A DNA stretch of 64,000 bases, from NCBI GenBank assembly GCA_002269645.1, contig NIVC01002247.1:1-64000 (forward strand), given 5' to 3'. A model generated the notes under the pieces. That model was not told the DNA's origin. It saw only the letters and a list, made by a program, of their open reading frames with translations, and did no database searches. Shown piece by piece: positions 38,530 to 49,469 of this stretch (the first letter of the stretch is position 1; each line of letters opens with the position of its first letter). Made by a program: the position numbers and the translations under genes. The stretch is from Macrostomum lignano (lineage: Eukaryota).

Positions 38530-39345
38530 CAATCCACATCCTTCCATTGTCACGCCAGCTGTCCCACATCCTTCCATTGTCACACCAGCTGTCCCACACT
38601 CTGCAATAGGCACACCAGCTGTCCCACACCCTTCCATTGTCACACCAGCTGTCCCACACCCTGCAATTGTCACACCAGCTCTCCCACACCCTGCAATTGT
38701 CACACCAGCTCTCCCACACCCTTCCATTGTCACACCAGCTGTCCCACACCCTGCAATTGTCACACCAGCTCTCCCACACCCTTCCATTGTCACACCAGCT
38801 GTCCCACACCCTTCCATTGTCACACCAGCTCTCCCACACCCTTCCATTGTCACACCAGCTGTCCCACACCCTGCAATTGTCACACCAGCTCTCCCACACC
38901 CTGCAATTGTCACACCAGCTCTCCCACACCCTTCCATTGTCACACCAGCTGTCCCACACCCTGCAATTGTCACACCAGCTCTCCCACACCCACACCAGCT
39001 CACCAGCTCTCCCACACCCTTCCATTGTCACACCAGCTGTCCCACACCCTTCCATTGTCACACCAGCTCTCCCACACCCTTCCATTGTCACACCAGCTGT
39101 CCCACACCCTGCAATTGTCACACCAGCTGTCCCACACCCTGCAATTGTCACACCAGCTGTCCCACACCCTGCAATTGTCACACCAGCTCTCCCACACCCA
39201 CTCCAGCTCACAAGCCCACACCAGCTCTCCCACACACTTCCATTGTCACACCAGCTGTCCCACACCCTGAAATTGTCACACCAGCTGTCCCACACCCTGC
39301 AATTGTCACACCAGCTCTCCCACACCCTGCAATTTTTACACCAGC
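38530..39345. repeat. 30-bp minisatellite (cacaccagct[gc]tcccacacc[cttcc/ctgca]attgt), ~27 copies
   Basis: Directly visible; lies between the convergent 3' ends of Sec16 and the NCOA-like gene. Confidence 0.95.
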
Positions 39346-39979
39346 CGCCCCAAATAAGCACAATACAGAAAGTCGGTCTGGCATTTAATTATCGCTAACA
39401 ACGGCTAAAGAAAACGTAATGAAACTGCATGAAAATGAAAATGTCACTCTAAAAAGGAAAAGCTAAAATGTATTTACAGACGCCAAAATAATATGGCTTA
39501 GTTGACAATTAATAAAATTTGATGAGGCAAAATAATGCAAATGTTAATACAAAATTAGATATTCTAATAAAACAATAAAAAGACCAATAATGAAAATATA
39601 TACAAAATAATGCTCATGCTACTAATAGTAATATAATGAGAGAAAATAGCCATTCGCTTTGCGCAGCTCAATTTCACAGCCTGCTACAACAGTGAAATAA
39701 CAAAAAACTTTGCAAACCGCAGAGTTGCAGCAGCCAATGGGGATGAGAAATCAAACAATATGGTATGGCTCACTGCCTGTGCTCATTCAATAAATACACG
39801 ATATGGACTTTACACGCGACTGAAAGCAGCAAATAAAAGACAACACAAATCTAAGTAATCAAGCACAAAGCAGGGAACTCTACGGGGAAAACTATTTATT
39901 TGTACATCTGGCACCTGCACATTAGATGAAACAATATGTACATACATGACACTGCTGCTCCTACCATGAGAACGGTACA

Positions 39980-40322
39980 CCCGTTGAAAACGTTACCGTG
40001 ACAAGAATCGCTAGAGTGATTGCAAACAACTGGGAGTGACGCTGGCGACTCTGTTGAGTCACGAGGGCATCACGTGAGTTGTAGAATCGTCAGAGTCCCG
40101 AAAAAGTCGTCCAAGAGTTTTGTTAGCGCTTAACTTTCTACTAACTCGCGTAAACTAAATATTGTTGCTATAAATGCAAAATGCGTTTTTTAATTCATAA
40201 AGTGACGCTGATCTCTTTGAACACTTTTTAGCGACTTGTACCGAGAAACATCATCGTTTGAGTCGTCTAGAGCCACTTACTTCCTATCTTATCTGTGTTA
40301 CCTGCAACGACTCTGGAACGCT
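39980..40322 (-). mobile_element. Interspersed repeat copy B, inverted relative to copy A
   Basis: ctgttgagtcacgagggcatcacgtgagttg and cttcctatcttatctgtgttacctgcaacgactctgg are reverse complements of copy A segments. Confidence 0.65.
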
Positions 40323-40607
40323 TATTGGCCTTTGGTACCGTTTTCATCGAGATAGTAGTGTATGAATTGTATATTTCACTATATTTCATACTACTATCAC
40401 CCACTTAGTAAAAAGTAGTGTGTTAAGCGACTGACTTCTAACTATAGCTACAGCTTCTAACTATAAAGAAAGGAAGGCATTTCAAAGCTAATTCTAAGCA
40501 TATTAAAAGTAAATTAACACGAAATCGAATCACGAAGCGAGCGCAAGCAATGGCAATAATAGCTTGTACATCGAGCGTAAGTCGCCTTCCCCACGCTTTG
40601 CAGCATC

Positions 40608-42742
40608 TCAGCTGCTTAGCAGCTTTTCAAGTAGGCCGCCTCCGCTGTTTGACGGCGGCGCGGCCGGGGCGGACGGCGAGGCTCCGACGCCGCCGGATCC
40701 GCTGCCTGCGCTGCCAGGCGTGGTGGAGTCCGGCGCCGGCTGCCTGTGCCGCTCCTCCATATCCAGAATGATGTCCAGCACTACATCTTCGGGCAGTTCG
40801 GCGCTGCCTGCAATGTCCACCGGCTGCGGCTGCTGCGGCGGAGTTGGTGGCGGCAGCGGCGGAGGCGGCTGCTGAATCAGCGCAATGGTCACAGCCGGCT
40901 GTTGCTGCAGCAGCTGCTGCTGCTGCTGTTGCTGCTTTAAATCATCGATGCTCTTCAAGATGCTGTCCAGCACGCCGGTCTCCTCCCCTCCGTTACCGTT
41001 GTCGCCGCCTCCAGCCGCGATGGCCGCGGGTGCAGCCGGTCCGCGATTCGCAGCAGCCGACGAAGCCGCCGAAGTCGTTGCCGCCGCTGCCGCCGAATCG
41101 CTCAGCAGAGCCGCCAGCAGCTGCGTGCCGCCTGGTGGCTTTCGCTTGCCTCCGCCGAGCTGCTGCGTGCTGCTGTCCACGTCTCCGCCTCCACCGAGTT
41201 CCTCCGGCCAAGACGGCTGGCGCTTTCTGCCCGGCGTGCTCGGCGTGGCCGTGGTGGAGCTCACCTGCTGCTGCTCGGCCATTCGAGTCTGCGTCTCCTT
41301 GGCGCACAGCAGCTCCTGTGTGGGATCGGGGTTGGGAGATGGGAGTTGTGCGCTGTGTGCCCAGCAGTACAGGATGCGCGACCTAGACTAGGGACTGCCC
41401 CCCACACAGATTTCTGTGTGTGCTGCCAGCCCCCAACCCCAGATTTCTGTGTGCGCTGCCAGCCTCCCAACCCCAGATTTCTGTGTGTGCTGCCAGCCCC
41501 CAACCCCAGATTTCTGTGTGCGCTGCCAGCCTCCCAACCCCAGATTTCTGTGTGTGCTGCCAGCCCCCAACCCCAGATTTCTGTGTGCGCTGCCAGCCCC
41601 CAACCCCAGATTTCTGTGTGCGCTGCCAGCCTCCCAACCCCAGATTTCTGTGTGCGCTTCCAGCCCCCAACCCCAGATTTCTGTGTGCGCTGCCAGCCTC
41701 CCAACCCCAGATTTCTGTGTGCGCTGCCAGCCTCCCAACCCCAGATTTCTGTGTGCGCTTCCAGCCCCCAACCCCAGATTTCTGTGTGCGCTGCCAGCCT
41801 CCCAACCCCAGATTTGTGTGCGCTGCCAGCCTCCCAACCCCAGATTTCTGTGTGCGCTGCCAGCCTCCCAACCCCAGATTTCTGTGTGCGCTGCCAGCCC
41901 CCAACCCCAGATTTCTGTGTGCGCTGCCAGCCTCCCAACCCCAGATTTGTGTGCGCTGCCAGCCTCCCAACCCCAGATTTGTGTGCGCTGCCAGCCTCCC
42001 AACCCCAGATTTCTGTGTGCGCTTCCAGCCCCCAACCCCAGATTTCTGTGTGCGCTGCCAGCCTCCCAACCCCAGATTTCTGTGTGCGCTGCCAGCCTCC
42101 CAACCCCAGATTTCTGTGTGCGCTGCCAGCCCCCAACCCCAGATTTCTGTGTGCGCTGCCAGCCCCCAACCCCAGATTTCTGTGTGCGCTGCCAGTCCCG
42201 CCACTAAAACTTCAGCAGCGAACCTGCAGCGTGTTGGATGTGAGGCTGACAGCGCATGAGTGCTGGCTCGGCCCATTGAGTAGCTTCATCAGCAGGGAGG
42301 CCGGCTGCTGGCCGCTGGTTGTCAGGGTTGATAGCGATGATGAAGCGTCCGTCGTACGCGGCAGCGCCGACAGGAACAGCGCCGGTGCCGGAGTCTGCGG
42401 CTGAGCCTGGGGAGGCTGCGGTTGCTGCTGCTGCTGAGAGTCCGACCACAAAGCCAGCATGCGGTTGCGCAGGGCCTCCGCCCGGTCCGGGTCCTGCTTG
42501 GCGCAGCTCTTGTACAGGGCGCCCAGGCTGAGCAGCTCCTGGCGTTCGCGAGGCCCCAGAGAGGGACGGGGCTGCGGCTGCGGCTGCTGCTGCAGCGACG
42601 CCGCCGGTGGGCTGCTGCCGCTTCCGGAGCCGACCCGGCGCAGCAGACTGGCGGACGGAGCGCCGCTGAGATCCGCTTCCGAGTCGCAGAATCTGCGCGA
42701 ATAAAGCATATCCTACTGTTTAACTAGCTTAGTAGTAGTAGC

Positions 42743-42801
<59 letters not shown>

Positions 42802-42902
42802 TAGTAGTAGTAGTAGTAGTAGTACCAGTAGTAGTAGTAATAGTAGTAGTAGTATTAGCATTAGTAGTAGTAGTATTAGTATTTAGTAATAGTAGTAGTA
42901 GC

Positions 42903-42955
<53 letters not shown>

Positions 42956-43053
42956 TAGTAGTAGTAGTAGTAGTACCAGTAGTAGTAGTAATAGTAGTAG
43001 TAGTATTAGCATTAGTAGTAGTAGTATTAGTATTTAGTAATAGTAGTAGTAGC

Positions 43054-43094
<41 letters not shown>

Positions 43095-43116
43095 TAGTAG
43101 TAGTAGTAGTAGTACC

Positions 43117-43163
<47 letters not shown>

Positions 43164-46100
43164 TAGTAGTAGTAGTAGTAGTGGTAGTAGTAGTAGTAGT
43201 AGTAGTACCAGTAGTAGTAGTAATAGTAGTAGTAGTATTAGCATTAGTAGTAGTAGTATTAGTATTTAGTAATAGTAGTAGTAGCAGTAGTGGCAGCAGT
43301 AGTAGTATAGCGCCGTCCTGGCCTCTCCAAACGACCAGTTAGCTCCTGTTTCTTGGAAAGTGCCACCAATATTTAAGTTTACATATCGTCGCTATGGCCT
43401 ACCTGATAATGCAGTGGGTAGATGTGAACTGGCCAGACTGCTGGTCGGTCAGGTAGCTGCGACTTTTTACAAAGGCCATCTGACCGGCCGCGGTCACCAG
43501 GCAGCGGTAGATGCCGCTGGACAAGGCATCGCGGCTCGACACTGCGAGTGGGGCGGGTTGGAGTAGTGGGAATTTAACCAGAACTCGTACTTTTATCTAA
43601 GAAACGGACAGGCTGATTCAACGAGAAAGAGCAGCTGGGTGTTAATAGTTCATGCCAAGCATAGAACCCGAGACTACAACCGTGTCGGCCCCCTGAACTC
43701 ACCGACATCCTCAACGTGGCGCTGCCAGATGGTCCGGTCGGCCGGGAGCACCAGGTTGCACCAGCGCCGGCCAATGAAGAAATCCGATCTCACAGACAGC
43801 TTGTTGGCCAGGGCGGAGCTGCTCAGAAAGGATTGGATGACAGACTGGCAGGTTGAGATTTGCGTTGCCACACAGATACAGTCTTGGTGTCCGCAGCTGT
43901 CTACCCGTCTGTGTCTCAGTGTCTGTCTGAGGTCTATATGCTTGCTTGTCGGTTTGTCTGTCAGTTTCAGTCTAGTTATCTGACAGTTTCTGCCATATTG
44001 TCTCCTATTGTCTGCCATAGTGTCTCCTATTGTCTGCCATAGTGTCTCCTATTGTCTGCCATAGTGTCTCCTATTGTCTGCCATAGTGTCTCCTATTGTC
44101 TGCTATAGTGTCTCCTATTGTCTGCCATAGTGTTTCCTATTGTCTGCCATAGTGTCTCCTATTGTCTGCTATAGTGTCTCCTATTGTCTGCCATAGTGTC
44201 TTCTATTGTCTGCCATAGTGTCTCCTATTGTCCTGCCATAGTGTCTCCTATTGTCTGCCATAGTGTCTCCTATTGTCTGCCATAGTGTCTCCTATTGTCT
44301 GCTATAGTGTCTCCTATTGTCTGCCATAGTGTCTCCTATTGTCTGCCATAGTGTCTCCTATTGTCTGCCATAGTGTTTCCTATTGTCTGCCATAGTGTCT
44401 CCTATTGTCTGCCATAGTGTCTCCTATTGTCTGCCATAGTGTTTCCTATTGTCTGCCATAGTGTCTCCTATTGTCTGCTATAGTGTCTCCTATTGTCTGC
44501 TATAGTGTCTCCTATTGTCTGCTATAGTGTCTCCTATTGTCTGCTATAGTGTCTCCTATTGTCTGCTATAGTGTCTCCTATTGTCTGCCATAGTGTCTCC
44601 TATTGTCTGCTATAGTGTCTCCTATTGTCTGCCATAGTGTCTCCTATTGTCTGCCATAGTGTCTCCTATTGTCTGCCATAGTGTTTCCTATTGTCTGCCA
44701 TAGTGTCTCCTATTGTCTACCATAGTGTCTCCTATTGTCTGCCATAGTGTCTCCTATTGTCTGCTATAGTGTCTCCTATTGTCTGCCATAGTGTCTCCTA
44801 TTGTCTGCCATAGTGTCTCCTATTGTCTGCCATAGTGTTTCCTATTGTCTGCCATAGTGTCTCCTATTGTCTACCATAGTGTCTCCTATTGTCTGCTATA
44901 GTGTCTCCTATTGTCTGCCATAGTGTCTCCTATTGTCTGCTATAGTGTCTCCTATTGTCTGCCATAGTGTCTCCTATTGTCTGCCATAGTGTCTCCTATT
45001 GTCTACCATAGTGTCTCCTATTGTCTGCCATAGTGTCTCCTATTGTCTGCCATAGTGTCTCCTACTGTCTGCCATAGTGTCTCCCATTGTCTTTCAGTGT
45101 CTTCCATTGTCTGTCATAGTGTCTTCTATTGTCTGCCATAGTGTCTCCCATTGTCTCCTATTGTCTGCCATAGTGTCTCCTATTGTCTGCCATAGTGTCT
45201 CCCATTGTCTGCCATAGTGTCCCCCATTGTCTGCCATAGTGTCTCCCATGGTCTGCCATAGTGTCTCCCATTTTCTGTCAGTTTCTGTCTGCCAGGAACA
45301 CTGGAACATCAGCTGGCCGGCCCCTTACCTGCACACGGCCTGCAGCACCTCATTGCTGCCCGAGCAGGAGTGCTGGCAGGAAATATAATCAGACAGAGAA
45401 TGCGGCTGAGGCGGCGGCTGCGGCTGACTCCGGGAACCCGAGATAGACAGTGAAGCCCTGGTAGTAGTTGGAGGCGGCTGGGACGACTGGATCGGCAAGG
45501 ACATCTGCTGCTGTTGCTGCTGCTGCTGCCGCTGCTGCGGAGGCGACGGCTTCATCAAGCAGACCAGGTAGCGCCGAGATAAGCCTGATCAGTTTGAAAA
45601 TGCAAACTAATTAACCTACAGATTCAGTCCCACAGCAGTCAGGAAGCTGTCAGGCGCTTACCGGGCGAACTTGATTGGCTGTCGGACAGCGACTGGACTT
45701 TCAGCGTCGCTTCCAGCGCGAGCGGCTGACGGGCCGCCGATCCGGCGCGAGGAGCGCCGCCTGGGTGCCAGTTGGGCAGCAGGCGCAGGACAGCGCGGCT
45801 GGAGTGCGGATTGACTGGCGCCATTCCTGCGGAAATTCGAGCCAAAAAGTGAAACCTGGACTGGAATTCGAGCACTAGTAGGGCCTAGGACACTGAAAGC
45901 TGGAGATGAGGCTGTGGGATTCGAGCACTAGTAGGGCCTAGGACACTGAAAGCTGGAGATGAGGCTGTGGGATTCGAGCACTAGTAGGGACTAGGACACT
46001 GAAAGCTGGAGATGAGGCTGTGGGATTCGAGCACTAGTAGGGCTTAGGACACTGGAAGCTGGAGATGAGGCTGTGGGATTCGAGCACTAGTAGGGCTTAG

Positions 46101-47440
46101 GACACTGGAAGCTGGAGATGAGGCTGTGGGATTCGAGCACTAGTAGGGCCTAGGACACTGAAAGCTGGAGATGAGGCTGTGGGATTCGAGCACTAGTAGA
46201 GCCTAGGACACTGGAAGCTGGAGATGAGGCTGTGGGATTCGAGCACTAGTAGGGCCTAGGACACTGAAAGCTGGAGATGAGGCTGTGGGATTCGAGCACT
46301 AGTAGAGCCTAGGACACTGAAAGCTGGAGATGAGACTGTGGGATTCGAGCACTAGTAGGGCCTAGGACACTGAAAGCTGGAGATGAGACTGTGGGATTCG
46401 AGCACTAGTAGAGCCTAGGACACTGAAAGCTGGAGATGAGGCTGTGGGATTCGAGCACTAGTAGAGCCTAGGACACTGGAAGCAGGAGATGAGGCTGTGG
46501 GATTCGAGCACTAGTAGAGCCTAGGACACTGGAAGCTGGAGATGAGGCTGTGGGATTCGAGCACTAGTAGAGCCTAGAGCAGCCCCTTACCAGCCACAGA
46601 GGCAATGAGCGGCTGAACCAGCTGTCTGTCTTCGTTATGCAGAATTGTATAGAGCGGCCTGTGCACCAGATCCTCCGCCATATAGTCAGTGTAGGCAGCA
46701 ACATTTTGCGAGGCGAAGTCAATGATAGCAGATTCGTTCACAACCAGCAGGAAGCCTTCGACAGTCTGTAGCGGTGGTTTGCATTTCAAATATAATTATG
46801 AAATATTGTAGACTAATTATAAATATTAGAGCGTCGGACTCGCGACTGAAAGGTCGGGGGTTCGATTCTTGACCCCACTCGGAACTATTTGTGTCATTTA
46901 GCAAGACACTTAACTCTGCATTGCTTCAGTTCACACAGCTGTAAAATGGGTGCCAGCATTAGCTGGGGTAATTGAGGGTGTGTGGCGACCCCCCAGTCTA
47001 TGGACTGAACAGCCGTACAGAGCCTTTCAGACGCGCCGCGCAATAGCTGCGGCTGAGCTGTCGGTTGCACATCTGCCCATTATGACAGGTGTAATCAATT
47101 TTATTAATATTATATTAATTTAAGAAGTCATACATCTCAAATCCAGACTTTCTAATGGTAACTAAGCAGTCCCAAAACTCATATCCAGACTTTCTAAAGG
47201 TGACTAAGCAGTCCCACAACTCACATCCAGCACCATCTGGCCAATCAGGTGCCCATAGCTGAAGCCCCCAGTCGCAGCAGACTGCAATGCTGCAGACGTG
47301 GATGATGACAGACCAGCCGATGTTGATGGCTGTATATCCGGGAGGCTGGCAAAAAATGAGAACTCATCCTCAGCATTGGCAGCTTCAACAATGTTGAAGT
47401 CCATTTGGTACTCTCGCTTAACATTATTGTCAGATGACAT
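40608..47440 (-). CDS. Nuclear receptor coactivator (NCOA/SRC/Taiman-like) PAS-A/PAS-B protein with LxxLL motifs, ~747 aa, no bHLH seen
   Basis: Phase-consistent exons (minus): 47440-47225, 46765-46591, 45826-45662, 45584-45329, 43818-43703, 43541-43403, 42692-42224, 41315-40608 (TGA). PAS-A: IGQMVLD|TVEGFLLVVN...ASQNVAAY...LYTILHNEDR...RYLVCLM. PAS-B: DYISCQH...FIGRRWCNLVLPADR...IYRC...VKSRSY...FTSTHCIIR. LxxLL: SLLMKLLN, TLQELLC, QLLAALLS, GLLEKLLS at the C-terminus. Confidence 0.82.
41400..42195. repeat. 33/34-bp intronic minisatellite (ccagatttctgtgtgcgctgccagcc[t]cccaacc), ~24 copies
   Basis: Directly visible. Confidence 0.95.
42726..43308. repeat. (AGT)n microsatellite with a higher-order repeated interruption block
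   Basis: Directly visible; the block accagtagtagtagtaatagt...ttagcattag...atttagtaat recurs three times. Confidence 0.96.
43990..45270. repeat. 22-bp intronic minisatellite (ctattgtctgccatagtgtctc), ~58 copies
   Basis: Directly visible. Confidence 0.96.
45866..46577. repeat. 53-bp intronic minisatellite (ttcgagcactagtagggcctaggacactgaaagctggagatgaggctgtggga), ~13 copies
   Basis: Directly visible; fills almost all of the intron splitting PAS-A. Confidence 0.95.
46828..47000 (+). mobile_element. 5'-truncated tRNA-derived SINE (SINE2-like)
   Basis: gagcgtcggactcgcgactgaaaggtcgggGGTTCGATTC (B box) followed by the SINE-core-like tgtgtcatttagcaagacacttaactctgcattgcttcagttcacacagctgtaaaatgggt. 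Confidence 0.6.
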
Positions 47441-49469
47441 TGTTGAATTTCAAGATGTTAGCAGGGTGGCAGAACAGCTTTGCAATCTGTTACATGGCCA
47501 AGCTGGTTCAAGCTGAAAACTGCACGTTTTTTTGGCTTGAATTGGCTAAATATTGAATACATCATTTACAGAAGTAGACTGAGAAATATGGTTTGCAGTT
47601 ATTATCATAGGCTAGGTTTTTTTTACTGCGTCATGACATATCCTACTTGTACTTCATTTGAAGTATCAATAGTTATAATTATTGGGATAGGGTCACATAG
47701 GGTGGAGCAAAGCCTAGTGATACAGTGTGGTACTAAGATTGAATTCAAGTTTAGTCATATTTGGAGCTAAATTTGAATCTTAGCTTGGTTTTGCTTATGC
47801 AATTTATGCCCTTGATGATCAACTTTTAAGGCATAATAAAGTGTATATATGCTTAAATATAAATAAAGCTAGGCTACTATATACTTTTATATAAAAACCT
47901 ATTACATAACTATATATCCAAAGGCTCCCTATTGGAATACAATTTCAAATCCTATGGATATATGGCATACATTTGTAAACATGCTTAGGCACAGTAAATA
48001 TTATATATAAATATTATTAATTTTATAGTAGTGCAAGATGGAATCAAAATTTTATAACTTTGTATAGCATATAGTCATATACTATATATGCAGTTATTCC
48101 AATAGGGCATAGGCTTATATCTACTTAGGGAAATTGGTAGAGTGGCAGTGATACTACATTAAGTATAAGGGTATAATATATAATCATTTTATTTAATTCA
48201 AGAAAGATAAGAATTAACATTAATATACATTTTAAAAAGCTCTAGAATGCAAGTCTAATAGAATTTTATAAGAAATAAATTGATTTATATTATGAAACTT
48301 CTTATTTTTTAAATTTAAAAGAAAAAGAAATTATTAAGGGGTTAAGGCATTAAGCCACTTGACTTAATTTCCTTTATAATTATCTATAGAATATTATAAG
48401 ATAATCATATATGTATTATATACATCTATATAAACAATTATTTATAACCATTTATTTAAATTACAAAAAAGTTATAAATAATCTTAGAAATATTAGATCA
48501 AAGAAGATGAAATATACAAATACAAAAAATATAGGCCTAACTATATAAGATTAAGAATATAAAAAGTTATAAAAATATAAAGAAAACAAAACTATCATAG
48601 GCATAGGCATAAAAACAATTTAAAAACATCAAGTTACAATGTTAATGGAAGAATTATCATAGGCACATGCACATCTCGTTATTAAAAACTTGCACGTTAG
48701 AGCAAACAAAGCTTATAGGCTAGGGGCCTATCCGCTATCCACTATACTTAAATAAAAAATCCATTTAAAGATATTTACTTAACGTTTTTAATATTAGGCC
48801 TAATACTAAAAGGCAAAAGATACAATAAAATACATTTAACTTAAAGATAAATGTAAGTTAGGCCTACACCTTCGTCGCAGCCACATTGAATCTGACTGGG
48901 CCTGGTTTACAACAAATTTTGTTATGTTTCTTTAGGCGATTCACAAGCTGTTAACGTTCTGTACGCTGAGAAACGCTGACTTCATAAATTCCGAATATTC
49001 ACTGGTTTTAGGCATAATCAGCAACCTAAAATCTTTCCTAGGCCTACTCGTTCTTGAACAATCCATCGTCTACTGGTCTGAGTTTGACCTGTGGACAAGT
49101 GAAGTGGAATGACGTTACACACTATTTTCTTAGAAATGAGATGGAGTTCATTAGAGAACGTATATTCACGTATATACAGTGGTCCTTGCGTATATTTTCG
49201 TATTGCTGTAGTTCAGTAATGCAGTTAGCATGGTCTCGAGAAATCACAATTTTCTAAATGGCGAAACCTACTTTAGTGCTTCTACTGCTGTCGAGGCATA
49301 CGAGATTTTTGCTAGAGCAAGGACCACTGTGTGTAGTCCTTGCGCTAGAGTAGTAGTATATTCTGCTGTTTCGATCATTTCGTTTCGTTCGATCATCAGT
49401 CGATCATTTGTTAAAAATTACGCAAAAATGGTGATTCTGGTTCATCCCACCAAGGTAATGAGACATGGA

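Noticed and set aside
46828-46880. tRNA gene
   Set aside because: Has a B box but lacks a 5' acceptor stem/A box and runs into a SINE-type body; treated as a SINE.
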